Origin: Malacoraja senta
Taxonomy: Eukaryota
Direction: 5' to 3'
NCBI GenBank assembly: GCA_038087875.1
Contig: JAXLNO010003982.1
Coordinates: 1-64,000 of the forward strand
DNA length: 64,000 nt
Shown: positions 1-12,100 of the stretch, one piece after another
How the letters are laid out: each line of letters starts with the position of its first letter
How positions within the stretch are numbered: position 1 is the stretch's first letter
Translations under genes and position numbers: made by a program
Notes under the pieces: model-generated
Database searches by the model: none
What the model saw: only the letters and a program-made list of their open reading frames with translations
What the model was told of the DNA's origin: nothing

Positions 1-636
1 CTGACTCATTCAAATTTCTTGGCACTCACATAAGCAATAACCTCAAATGGAAAATCAATTCAGATCACATTTATAAAAAAGCCAACCAAAGACTTTTCTT
101 TCTCCGTCAGCTCAAGAAGTTCAGAGTGAGGAAACATCTCCTAATCCGATTTTACACAGCCATCATCCAAAGCATGCTCACTTCATCAATAACAGTTTGG
201 TACAGCAGTTTAGACACTCACTCCCGTAATAAACTACAGCGCATTGTCAACAAAGCATCCAAAATCATCAGCACTTCCCTCCCATCAATAGAATCACTCA
301 ATCTCAAACGGTCTGTGTCAAGGGTGAATAAAATCATTTCTGATCCCTCCCACCCAGCTCACCACATCTTCCACCTGCTGCCGTCAGGAAGGCGCTACAG
401 CTCACTGCCCACCAAAACATCACGATTTAAAAACAGTTTCTACCCATATGCAATTCGAAATCTGAACACTCTATGACAACATCACATGGCCACCTCGTGC
501 ATGTACTGTATACTGTATGTTGTTGTGTTTTATGTTATGTTTGACGGGAATCAGCCTATTGTGTAACATCCTGTACTGAACATGAATTCCACCAGCTTGA
601 CTGTGTGGTCATTAAATAATCTGAATCTGAATCTGA
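1..636 (+). mobile_element. 3' end of a Rex1/Babar-L2-group LINE (RT C-terminus, 3' UTR, short-repeat tail)
   Basis: ORF 126-476 contains FYTAIIQSMLTSSITVWY and LPSGRRYSSLPTKTSRFKNSFYPYAIRNLN, typical of this clade's ORF2 C-terminus. It ends in a (CTGAAT)n tail at about 620-637. Confidence 0.8.
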
Positions 637-637
637 A

Positions 638-831
638 TAACAAGAGGAGTTGAGTATTGGAGCAAAGAGGTCCTTCTGCAGTTGTACAGGGCCCTGGTAA
701 GACCACACCTGGAGTATTGTGTGCAGTTTTGGCCTGTTGGCCTTTATAACAAGAGGAGTTGAGTATAGGAGCAAAGAGGTCCTTCTGCAGTTGTACAGGG
801 CCCCGGTGAGACCACACCTGGAGTATTGTGT
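638..831 (+). mobile_element. Two tandem CR1 RT fragments
   Basis: TAACAAGAGGAGTTGAGTAT...CCACACCTGGAGTATTGTGTG occurs twice and encodes [27 protein letters not shown]. Confidence 0.85.
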
Positions 832-877
832 GCCCACACACACGCACGCCCTCCACCCGCGCGTGTGTGAACGGGCG

Positions 878-1582
878 ATTCATCCCCAACAACACTGCTC
901 CGGATGGGTCAGTGTCAAGAGCCCTAGCAGGTCTCACCTCTCTGTCTATCGAATTGGCTGAGAACTCTGGAGTAGACAACTCCTGGACTGGGTTTCTAGA
1001 ATCCTGGTTTGGGAAATGGAAGCACTGCTTTACCTCAGCTCTAACATCAGTGGTAGTCATGGTGGGGTTACTGTGTTTGTTCGGATGTTGTATCATTCCC
1101 TGCGTACGGGGATTGGCTCAGCGATTGATAGAAACAGCCCTGACAAAGAACAGCGCTGCCACCATGATGGCCTTCAGAACACAGTATAACCAACGAGAGG
1201 GGGATAGGGAGGCGAAGAATCTGCTGCTAGCATTAGAAAAGGAGGATATAGTAGAAATCAAAGGTTGCGTAGCAAAAAAGAAAAGGGTGGATTGTGAGGA
1301 AAGAGTTAACAGACATGGTTGATTTAGACTAGGGATAGAGAAATGGCTTGGGGTGTCAGCAGAAGCCAGACTGCTGGTAAAATAGAAAATAACGATATAT
1401 AGAACAGAGAGAAATTCTAGATAAAAAGTAGCAAATTCAGCAGAAGATTTGAGAAGTAAGTAGAAAGGGAGAAAGTACATAAGGTCAAACATATCTGCGC
1501 ATGCCTAATGAACTTACATGAATATGTACACACACCCACTATGACAAGATGCCTAATTTAAATGCACATGCGATGCATGATA
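878..1582 (+). repeat. Upstream duplicate of ERV env 3' end, PPT and 5' half of the LTR
   Basis: Near-identical to about 3419-4118. Encodes FIPNNTAPDGSV...GCCIIPC. PPT AAAAAAGAAAAGGGTGGA is followed by the LTR start TGTGAGG at 1293. The copy breaks off at GCATGATA and joins pol sequence. Confidence 0.95.
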
Positions 1583-3123
1583 TAGAACTAAAAATTAAAG
1601 GATTGCTGGCCCAGAGCCCACCACTGGACTTCCCGATACACTCAGTCAAGGCTGGAGACTGGGTATTAATAAAAACGTGGAAAGAAGAAAAGCTGCAACC
1701 TAAGTGGACTGGACCCTACCTGGTGTTACTAATCACCGAGACGGCAGTACGGACAAAAGAGAAAGGGTGGACACACGCAAGTCGAGTTAAGGGTCCTGTG
1801 GAGGCCCCACCAGACAATATCAGCCCGTGGACTGTGCGCAAAGGAGAGGAACCATTGACTTTAATATTTACCAAGAACCCGCGGGAAAATGAAGATTTGT
1901 GTTGGTGGGTCGTGTGTTGGGTGGTTACCCAACTCGTGAGTAATATAACATGTATAAAAATCACAATACCACAGAATAGAAGGCCCACCACCATCCCATT
2001 TAATGTATGTAAAAGAAAATGGTGGTGTGGCTATAGAATGTATGTATGCACCCATCCCTGTAGAAATTGGCACGCGGTGTTTACTTCATCAAAATATGGG
2101 TGGCATCGAACCACCTATCAAACTGATAGGTGGAAAATATATCAAAACCCGAACGAGAAATTGCCAGGACGTATATATGTGAGCATACAGAGTGTTCAAA
2201 TGCAGGAAAGTGGTAGGTATTGGATATGTGCAGATAAAACAGGGAAGGACACATGTCTGAAGTTTGAGATAGAAGTGAAGCGGGATGGGGAGATGGTAAG
2301 ATACGAGGATAGGGGAAAGGTGTTGAAGATAGATGACAGTCAGAATAGGGATCCCGGGGCAACACCAGCACCACCGGTAGTCAGCAAAGTCACCAGGGAG
2401 AATGAGTCTAAGGATCTGAAGATAATGATAGTAGAAGGAGAAACAGGATTAAGGCAGTTATATGAGAAGGGAATACCAACAGGGGGAAAAGGAGCCAACA
2501 CCTGGCTTGCCTGGATGATGTACACAGCCAGAAGTATGCAACAAACCAATTGTTACACCTGCGCCGGAGCTAGGCCTCAGCTGGTCCCAGTACCATTTCC
2601 CCTGAATTGGAATAGAACACCTAGGGCTATGTCATGTATACTACAGCTATTCACGAATCCCCTCTTACCAAAGAATGTGATATGCCAGAGTTATCATTAC
2701 CTATTTCCAACCAGCAACAACAATACGAAGGGCCGAAGGGAAGACCCTCGACCTCCTCCATTTACCAGTCCTCTTGGGGAGGAGGGGTTTGAGTGCTATA
2801 CAAGAAATAACCCAGAGGGACAGGATATGGGGAAGGTGCTCAACTGCAATCAGACGTATAACATAACGGCTGAGGAACAGGGACCACTGTTCAATAGCTC
2901 CTGGCTAAAAAAACAGATAGTCAGTAGAGCCGATGTCTTGTGGTGGTGCGGGGAGAATACCCTGTGGCCCCGGTTACTGGGGTCATGGACGGGAACCTGT
3001 ACCCTCACACAACTGATGATGCCCTTCACCATAGCAGTAGAACATGCTGTAGAACTCAATGACGGAAGCCAACGACAAAAGAGAGGGGTGAAAGGATCAT
3101 TCGACACACACATATATATATAG
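1549..3123 (+). CDS. env: 524-aa ORF: LTR-derived ATG, integrase tail and complete Env SU, ending 12 aa after the furin site
   Basis: Signal-like segment LCWWVVCWVVTQLV, SU CxxC motif (CYTC), ERV3-like Y..CADKTGKD motif, WWCG..LWPRLLGSWTGTC and furin site RQKR. It stops at a (TA)n run at about 3112-3122. Confidence 0.85.
   Translation: MPNLNAHAMHDIELKIKGLLAQSPPLDFPIHSVKAGDWVLIKTWKEEKLQPKWTGPYLVLLITETAVRTKEKGWTHASRVKGPVEAPPDNISPWTVRKGEEPLTLIFTKNPRENEDLCWWVVCWVVTQLVSNITCIKITIPQNRRPTTIPFNVCKRKWWCGYRMYVCTHPCRNWHAVFTSSKYGWHRTTYQTDRWKIYQNPNEKLPGRIYVSIQSVQMQESGRYWICADKTGKDTCLKFEIEVKRDGEMVRYEDRGKVLKIDDSQNRDPGATPAPPVVSKVTRENESKDLKIMIVEGETGLRQLYEKGIPTGGKGANTWLAWMMYTARSMQQTNCYTCAGARPQLVPVPFPLNWNRTPRAMSCILQLFTNPLLPKNVICQSYHYLFPTSNNNTKGRREDPRPPPFTSPLGEEGFECYTRNNPEGQDMGKVLNCNQTYNITAEEQGPLFNSSWLKKQIVSRADVLWWCGENTLWPRLLGSWTGTCTLTQLMMPFTIAVEHAVELNDGSQRQKRGVKGSFDTHIYI
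1583..1888 (+). pseudogene. pol: ERV pol, integrase C-terminal remnant
   Basis: PIHSVKAGDWVLIKTWKEEKLQPKWTGPYLVLLITETAVRTKEKGWTHASRVK matches the gamma/epsilon-type integrase C-terminal signature GDWV..W.GPY.VLL.T.TAV...WxHxSRVK. Confidence 0.92.
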
Positions 3124-3836
3124 ATGCGATAGGGGTGACAAGAGGGGTACCCGATGAATTCAAAGCCAGAAACCAGATAGCTGCGGGCTTTGAGTCCATG
3201 CTCTTCTGGTGGTCCACAATTAATAAAAATGTGGACTGGATCAACTACCTATACTACAATCAACAACGCTTTATAAATTACACTCGAGATGCAGTTGAAG
3301 GATTAGCGGAACAACTGACAGCTACCAGCCAAATGGCCTGGCAAAATCGCATGGCCTTGGACATGCTACTGGCTGAGAAGGGAGGGGTGTGTGTAATGTT
3401 TGGCGAACAATGTTGCACATTCATCCCCAACAACACTGCCCCGGATGGGTCAGTGTCAAGAGCCCTAGCAGGTCTCACCTCTCTGACTATCGAATTGGCT
3501 GAGAACTCTGGAGTAGACAACTCCTGGACTGGGTTTCTAGAATCCTGGTTTGGGAAATGGAAGCACATCTTTACCTCAGCTCTATCATCAGTGGTAGTCA
3601 TGGTGGGGTTACTGTGTTTGTTCGGATGTTGTATGATTCCCTGCGTACGGGGATTGGCTCAGCGATTGATAGAAACAGCCCTGACAAAGAACAGGGCCGC
3701 CACCATGATGGCCTTCAGAACACAGTATAACCAACGAGAGGGGGATAGGGAGGCGAATAATCTGCTGCTAGCATTAGAAAAGGAAGATAGTATAAATCAA
3801 AGGTTGCGTAGCAAAAAAGAAAAGGGTGGATTGTGA
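3124..3836 (+). pseudogene. env: Env TM subunit, frameshifted relative to SU
   Basis: DAIGVTRGVPDEFKARNQIAAGFES, immunosuppressive domain QNRMALDMLLAEKGGVC, CX6CC (CVMFGEQCC), membrane anchor and basic tail. The frame is open to 3836. Confidence 0.92.
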
Positions 3837-4385
3837 GGAAAGAGTTAACAGACATGGTTGATTTATACTAGGGATAGAAAAATGGCTTGTGGTGTCAGCA
3901 GAAGCCAGACTGCTGGTAAAATAGAAAATAACGATATATAGAACAGAGAGAAATTCTAGATAAAAGGTAGCAAATTCAGCAGAAGATTTGAGAAGTAGAA
4001 AGAGAGAAAGTACATAAGGTCAAACAAATCTGTGCATGCCTAATGAACTTACATGAATATGTACACACACCCACTATGACAAGATGCCTAATTTAAATGC
4101 ACATGCGATGCATGATACGGGAGGTGTCTTTGACGTCGGGTGGACGTTCCAGGACGTTCTCGTGGGAATGTGGGCTTTATGTTATGATTGGAAGAAGCTC
4201 AATGGGGAGGGATGAGGGTGTGACAATGATACCCATGAAATGTATAAAGATAGAAGATATCCCGATCCTCGGTGTGCCTCTAGGGGACATCAGAGGAGAG
4301 GCACCTATTCTGCAGAATATGATTTAAATAAAAAGCTTCTTTGCCGACTTTGCCTCTAAAAGCGTTTGTGATTTTGCATCTCACA
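3832..4385 (+). mobile_element. ERV 3' LTR (554 bp)
   Basis: Directly follows the PPT. Has TGTGAG...CTCACA terminal inverted repeat and AATAAA at about 4327. Confidence 0.9.
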
Positions 4386-4583
4386 CTTATGTATGGCTTA
4401 ATTGTATTCATGCATAGTATGATTTGGCTGAATACCACGCAAAGGGGTTTTCACTGTATCTAGTTACCCGTGTCAATAATAAACCAACACGTTGTATCTA
4501 GCGATTGCAGCACCCAGTGTTTATTTTAAGCAGGTAGCAAGGTTGTATTAACATTTCCTTTTTGCCTTTGACTACGTGGTGAA

Positions 4584-4788
4584 TGTAAAGATGGGTCATA
4601 ATGCACTGTATCGTTACTACTGTTTATTCATAATAAACATACTTTGCTGCCCTAGCTGTCCGTGGTCTGTCACTGGAACTAGAGAGAGAGAGAACTGGGT
4701 GGGAAGGTTGTAATTATACCAGTGATGTGGGGAGTGGTTAGTAGTGGTGAGGTCACTATGTTAAAGGTACATGCACATTTCATCTACA
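4584..4788 (-). mobile_element. Solo LTR (205 bp)
   Basis: TG...CA ends (TGTAAAG / CATCTACA), exact 5-bp TSD GTGAA on both sides, internal AATAAA and (CT)n. Confidence 0.8.
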
Positions 4789-5334
4789 GTGAAGAGCCAT
4801 CTTTTTTTCCACCGCTGAAGACCTCCATGCGCCAGTACAATATTCTGTCGGCATGGGGCGATTCGGCATTTGCAATACTGAGGATCAGGACATATTTCCA
4901 AATCAGAATGGCGGTCAATTTGGATCTTGATCTGCAGGTGCTATTTTTACACGGTAGATTTCAAAGGGAGAACAGCACTAATTGCCCGCTTGGAAAGCGA
5001 AAGGGTGTTGATTCCACCGTCCAGAGGAAAATGATTATAATCTTCCATTCAGTGGCCAAAAGTAACACCAGTCCAAATTAGTCATTTTCCCTGCAGCTTC
5101 CAAGTTCACGCGAGTCCTACTGTCTGGTCAAAAAGACGGTGATTCAATTATTATTGGAACAGAGATTGATGGCGGAGGAGTTAGCTTGGTAATGTTATTG
5201 AATGTCAAGGCAGTTTACATCTTGCCTAATACTACACCTGCAAACAACTTTGCTGACATTCACACATTTCCTAAACATGGAACTCATATCTATACCAACA
5301 TCTTTGATTTAAATCAGAAAATACAAACAAAATT

Positions 5335-5520
5335 CGCAGCAGTCGAACGGATGCCTCGCAGCGTCAGAGACCCGGGTTTGATCCCGACTACGGACGCTGT
5401 CTGTGTGAACGTCGTACGTGGGTTTTCTCCGGGCGCTGGTCTCCACCCACATTCCAAACTCGTGCAGGTTTATCGGTTAATTGCCCTTTGTAAATTGCCC
5501 CTAGTAAGACTGCGTCGAAA
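5335..5520 (+). mobile_element. tRNA-derived V-SINE (HE1/HER1-like)
   Basis: B-box-like GACCCGGGTTTGATCCCGAC and V-domain-like GGGTTTTCTCCGGG...CCCACATTCCAAA...GTTAATTG...GTAAATTGCCCCTAG. Confidence 0.75.
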
Positions 5521-5544
5521 CGGGCTTTTCGGCACAGCATGCCC

Positions 5545-6196
5545 CATCTACATTAGTCCCAACTCCCCACGCTTGGCTCATAACCCTCTAAACCTATCCT
5601 ATGCATGTACCTGTCCAATTGTCTATTTATTGTTATGATAGTACCTGTCTCAACCTCCTCCTCTGGCAGCTCGTTCCATATACCCACCACTCTTTGTGTA
5701 AAAATGTTATCCCCAGGTTCTATTAAATCTCCACACTCACCCACCTCTCACCGTAAATCTATATCCTCTGGTTCTCGAGTCCCCTATTGTGGGCAAAAAA
5801 CTCAAGCGCATTTACCTGATTGATTGCTCACATAATTTTGTAAACCTCTTTCAGATCACCCCATCCTTTTGCACTCTAAGGAATGAAATCCAGAACCAGG
5901 GGCCACATTTCCAGAACCAGGGACCACAGTTTAAGAATAAGGAGTAAGCCATTTAGAACGGAGACGAGGAAACACTTTTTCTCACAGAGAGTGGTGAGTC
6001 TGTGGAATTCTCTGCCTCAGAGGGCAGTGGATGCTTTCAAGAGAGAGCTAGATAGGGCTCTTAAAAATAGTGGAGTCAGGGGATATGGGGAGAAGGCAGG
6101 AACGGGGTACTGATTGGGGATGATCAGCCATGATCACATTGAATGGCGGTGCTGGCTCGAAGGATCGAATGGCCTACTCCTGCACCTATTTTCTAT
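5545..6196. mobile_element. Two CR1 3'-end fragments in opposite orientation (about 5545-5880 minus, 5883-6196 plus)
   Basis: Minus strand encodes FTQRVVGIWNELPEEEVE. Plus strand encodes RTRDHSLRIRSKPFRTETRKHFFSQRVVSLWNSLP and has the CR1 3' stem-loop GAATGGCCTACTCCTGCACCTA. Confidence 0.85.
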
Positions 6197-9100
6197 TGAA
6201 ATCAGAGTCTTCTCAACCTCACCCTCCCTGAACATAGATTCAGTGACATGCAGAACAGTTCAGCATAGGAACAGGCCCTTGGGGCCACACCTTCTGTTCC
6301 AAACGTGATGCCAAGTTGAACTAATTTCCTCCACCAACACATGTTCCATATCCCTCCTTTCCCTGCATATCTATGCCTTTCTAAAGACTTCAAATGCCAC
6401 TATCAAGTCTCCTTGTAAATCTTCTCTGGACTCTTTCCAGCTGGTGTGTTAAAAACAACGTGCATGAAGAATTCAGTGTGTCAGGCAGCATCTGTGGTGG
6501 GAATCGACTGACAACGTTTTGAAGTCACCAGTCTGAACAAGAGTTCCAGCCTGAATTGTCGTTGGTTCATTCCATCCCACAGATGTTGCCTGACGCACTG
6601 TGTTCCTCCAACAGTTTTGATCAACGATCCAATATCTGCAGTTTCTAGTATCCCCAGAGATCTGTTAACTGTTACCATTCATTTGCCCTATTTTATTACA
6701 TTTTGTATTACATTTCTGTTAAATTATGTTGCAGTCTTGGAAATGTTTTCACCTCAGCTGCAAACCTGCGTTCCTAGTGTACATTGCTACTTTAATCATG
6801 CTAAATTATGATCACTGCCATCAAAACACCTCATCACTACTCTACAATACTACTCACATCTTGCTGCCAAGCAATACCCACCATTTTCTATACAGTCGCC
6901 TTAATACTATTTCTTAAATGAATTTGAGAACCTCTGCACTCTGCTTCAGTGACAGGTAATATTAAGTGTAAATTCACTACTATTTATTGTTCTGGGGTGG
7001 GTTATTTTGCACCATATAAACAGGCCAAAATATTTCTCCTTCCGTATCCCTAAGTTTATTTGATATACGATGATGAATACAAATCAATGGATCATTTAAA
7101 TGTTTACTGTGCTGATGGGGACCATTCATCCTATCAGGCCAATGCCACCTCTCTACTGGAGAAAATCACTTGTTCAACCCCAGCCCTTCGACTGTAGTTT
7201 TGCATGTTTTTGCTCACAATTAGTTTATCCAATTCTCTCTTTGTGATGAAACATAAATAGGATTTGGATCAATGAACGGAGAAAGAAAATTTCAAGGGTA
7301 CAAATGACTATCTTTATTATGTCAAATTACAAGATAAAGCATTAAAAAAGCAATGAATCTCATGGCTTTCAGCTCAATGTGTTAAATGATAGAAGCCATG
7401 GCAAATACCATCAAGTCTCACAGTCTTCTGCCCATTGGAGACTCCTATTTATGATGGCTGGTGTAGAGATCTTGCAGCCCAGCCACTGTCCTTCAAAGAT
7501 TCTGCATTAAATCAAGCACCAAGCTATTCTTGCATGTCTCGGAGAAAAGAAAGGTTTAACTTATCCTTTAGCTACACTGTAAATATCCTTGTAGGCTGCT
7601 CCATCATTTCCCAGTTATTCTAAGTGAGCCCTCAATCATCTAATTGTTTCCCTAAGCCAGCCTACTTGCTTACCATAAAGTGCAGTTAGCAGAAAATGTC
7701 ATCATAGGTGAAAACCCTGTTTACCTTTTCCAATGCACTAAGGACATAATGGAGCCAATTACACAACATCTACGTGCCATACACTTGAAATTCCAAACGC
7801 ACGTTGCATATAATTCCTTGTCCGCTCTCAAACCCTCCAGCAAAGTGAGCAGCCTCCCTATCCATTCTTCCCATCAAAGATTGATAATTTTCCAGAGCTC
7901 CAAGAACTTAATATGTGATTCACCACCCTCTGACTCTTGAGATTCCTCCTTATCCCTTTCTAAAGATACATCATGTTATTCTGAGAAATGTGCTTGCCAA
8001 GACCATGGCATCTGCAGTTTTAGTCTCCTGATCTTAGGAAGAATGTTCTTGTTATGGAGGGAGTGCCGTGAAGGTTCATCAGATTTCAGGGATGGGAGGA
8101 CTAATGTATGAAGGGCGATTTGGGCGATTAGATTTACATTGTGATTAGGACCATTCAAAATCAACTACAACATTCTTATGGGTCTGTACAGATTGAAGAG
8201 AGTCAAGAGTATTTTATTGTCATATGTCCCAGATAATATAATGAAATTCTTACTCGCTGCAGCACAATGGAATATGTAAACATAGTACATGGTAAACAAT
8301 ATGAAAAACGAGAAAGAGAAAAACAAAATCAATGTGCACATATATATATATACACACACACACACACATATATGTGTAGAAAAGTACGCATACATATATT
8401 CAAGAGGGAAATCCGGTCAGTTCAGGACCCAGTGGTCACAATCTGATGATCAGGCTTCAAGTTGAGATGAAGAGCGATTACTTCTCCCACAGAATGATGA
8501 AGGTGTGGAATGTTATACCACTGGAAGCAGTTGAACACAGATCATTGAATTTATACAAGGAGTTATATGTTATTTGTATGGTCAAAGGATCAGAGAAATA
8601 AAAGGATCAAGGTATAAATTTTAGGTCACAATTGATCACATGGAATAATAGTTGAGGCTCAAATGCCTGAATTCCTATTACTTTTATATTCTGCATTTCA
8701 ACATTTTTATATTTATCGTGGCCACATTTCCTCTGCATCGAAGAACATGATAACTGGGATGCTTAAAAGGTACCGAGACCCTGGTGCCAATGCCTTTTTG
8801 CAGATGCATACATTGGTTTGGTGTTCACAAAGCGAGGACAAATCAGAAATAATTTTCTGAACACGCCATCCATTGCTATTTCAATGTGCTTACCCAAGAT
8901 ACAAAAAAAAAAACTATATTAATCTATATTAAAAAATGTTTGGATAAAATAAACAAAACACGGTCATCGAATGTCCCTGGGTAAGTCATCCACCCCCTGC
9001 CCTCCACCCCTTTGAGAAGTGGCTGAAGGGAGATATTAAAATACATAAAGCTTTTAAATGAATCACTATGGTGAAAACATTTGCACCATAAAATCCAGCA

Positions 9101-12100
9101 GGGAATTCGACAGAGAATGCTCCCTCTCCTCCCCTCCCACCCAATACAGGTGAGAATGAGGATCCAGATCAATGAATTGCATTTAGGGGACGGCTGGGCA
9201 AACACAAAAGAGAAAAGAATAGTCGGTTCTACATTGGAGAATCCAGCATAGACTTGCCAACCATGTTGCAGATCGCATAAGGTGGGAAGAGGGTCATGTG
9301 GACTATATGCAGCAGTATTGGCAGGATAGGCAGAGTGGCCTGTTCCTACACACTTGTCTCCACTACAACCTTGTATTACTTTGACTGCCAATTCATTTTT
9401 GATCATTTTGTTCCCATTCATTCTTTAAAAAATACAAAATCAACTTTGACGTAAGAATACTGTGATTGATGCTGTTGCAAATAAATGGAGGCCTTACATT
9501 TTCTTAACAACAATTTAATTTTGCGCCTTGCATATTATATCTTTCATATTATATCTTGCACATTCCATATATCTTGCCTTTACTTGGCAACATGAAGCCA
9601 CTATAAAACAGGGTGCAATCCAATGTGTTTACTTGGATTTCATGCCAATCTATTTCCAAAAATCTTATACGCAATGGTCTATTCATCAAGCACATTCTAC
9701 AGGCAACTATTATTAGGTGAAATCTCAAGAGCAGAACTTGTACCAAATGAGCCACATAAAATGAACTTGATCACTGTGCCACCAGTCACTGTGGACAATT
9801 TTATATTCATATGGATGATAAATTCTTTGCATTAGATTAGAAATGTACAAAGTACAAACAATCAAGACTTTTGACATCAAATAACCAAGCGTTATGTAAC
9901 AACATTTATTGGTGCTGTGTCTCAGACTAAATGCAGTGTTAAAACAAAATATATTCTATCCAATAATGACTGTAGCTAATGGAATCTGCAACTAAAAACA
10001 GAAGACTGAAAGCATTCAATGGCTCAAGCAAAATTATTGGGACAAATGGTTGATGTCACAAATAGGGTCAAGAACCTGCACCAGACCTGTGAGGGAAGAG
10101 GATGAATTGCCAATATATAGCAATCAGGGAGGAATAGGACAGAGGCTGGTAGATCAAACGTAGAACCAGGTGGGGAGAGGATAATGGGTAGATGGAAACA
10201 GGTAGGAGAGGAGGAGGAAGAGGTGAACAACAGGAGAATAATCTGTTCAAATGAGACAGAGGTTCACTTGCATCTCTTTCAACTTTCTATACTGCAATCA
10301 TTGCTCACACTGTGGAGAAACTAGCTTAGATGTCAACCATTTTGTACAGCACATCCCTTTGAAGTAAAGATCATCCTGAGATCTGTTGTATGGTATTTTA
10401 ATACCCCTTCCCACTCACACACTCACCCATCTGTCGTTAACCTTGGGCACAGAAAGTTTTAAGTAAAATATCTGATAATCCACCTGGGTAACTTTATATG
10501 AATATAAAGTTTTCACATTTCAGCTTATCCATACCACTGGTGTTCATTTGTTCTCCCACAACCACCCATACACCAACTTTGCTCCATCTGCCCATCATCC
10601 CCTCCCCAGCTGATTTTACTTCGGAGTCACGTGAGTGACTACGTGAAGAAGCCCCGTCCAGCCGCACACGCGTCATTATCGATCAGACGCATAGCGTTCA
10701 TGACCGTGTGTGGAGGAGCAGGAGCTCCTCCAGCCGGTGAGTAAAACAAAAGTCGGAAGGTAAGTGAGTTACTTTTCACTTACAGGAGCGTTTCCTTCCC
10801 GTTTAGACTTGTTTGGTGGAGCTCCACACAAGTTTATTATGGAGAAATGGGAAGGAGAGTCGGCCAGGGACGCACTGTAGTAAAACCCCAGATCCTAAGG
10901 GTAGCGGGCGTCAGTCAGGGGAGTCAGTGGCAGCGAAGCCATTAACTCCAGTTGTGGTCGAATGTGCGTTAAACCGCCGCGGGCGGGCGCAAGGCAAAAA
11001 TCGGCCCGACCTGTAAACTCGGATGAGTCAGACCCGGAGGTATGCCCTCCTGAGGCAGGAAAGAGTATTACACTGCAAGGGTCAAAAACGTTATAACTCC
11101 TTATGGGGCAGATGATTTGTAAAGAACCCCCACAGGAGGATTTAAGTCGGTGTTGGCCAATGAAGTATAGCACAGGAGGTGCCTTGGAACAGGCACAAGG
11201 GTGGCCTACAGGAGAGCCATCAGTGCCTGTGCAGAAACATTAAAGAGGTTGGCCTACAGGAGAGCCAGTGCCCAAAATGCCATAAAAAAGGCAAGTTATG
11301 TGTTGGCCTATTGGAGAGCCAGTACTAGAAATGCCTGAACTAAAGGCAGCACAAACGTGCAATGATAAATGTGCCAGCACCGACAAATATAAAGAGTAAA
11401 AATAATGAAGCGTTGGCCTAGAATTGAGCCAGCGCCAGCAGCACCTGAAGCAGGGCTGCCTGTCCGTGGGCCTACAAGAGAGCCCGCGCAGGGGGAATCT
11501 GGCAGAGACTTACCTGAAACAGGGGAGCCAGAAATTACCCAACATAAAAATGAATATTTAAATTTAGATGATGATTTAAATGAGGACCAGAGCCCATTAT
11601 CAGAGCCACAAATGTTCCAAGGCTGGCACAAAACTTTGCTGTTCCCAGAGTAACAGGGGAACCTTTGAGAGAGGAAATAGCTATGACTATAAATTATCTA
11701 CTCTCCCATCAGCCCCAGGAATTAACCATGGATGAGACAAAAAAAATATGAGACCCGGGAAATTGTAGCAGTTACAGCAGTGAATAAACTTGATATGGGT
11801 AATTTGAGCAGTGGTTTACGCTCACAAGAATTGAAATTACACAAGTGCTGAAATTTCTGGGGTCAGTGGTTTGGATGAAGGTTATATATCGTATTCACAA
11901 CAAAATGTAGCACTCATGTGTAGTGCGCACTTTGAAATAAATTGTATTCATAAAAATGCAATAAGACCAAATATTCATCCTAAGTATGCAGGCTCTGCAA
12001 ACCATCCAATATACAAATGCCTAAATCTGTTTTGGAGAAAATCTAACAAAGAAACTAAAGGATCACCTATGCTGAGCAGAGCGGTGAGAAGGCAGTATCC

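Noticed and set aside
2160-2290. GRIYVSIQSVQMQESGRYWICADKTGKD looked like a captured Ig V-set (CD300/pIgR-like) domain in Env
   Set aside because: It fits the Y.LGAD.TGKDP.G.F.I motif of ERV3-like SU proteins equally well, and the V-set B-strand Cys and C-strand Trp spacing is not convincing.
3135-3836. Independent 233-aa gene
   Set aside because: The ORF track starts it at GTG; it is the frameshifted TM half of env.
5335-5400. tRNA gene
   Set aside because: It is the tRNA-derived head of a V-SINE, with no complete cloverleaf and a SINE body following.
6640-10460. Short ORFs in AT-rich sequence
   Set aside because: They are mostly decayed CR1 and Penelope fragments with no splice-consistent coding signal.
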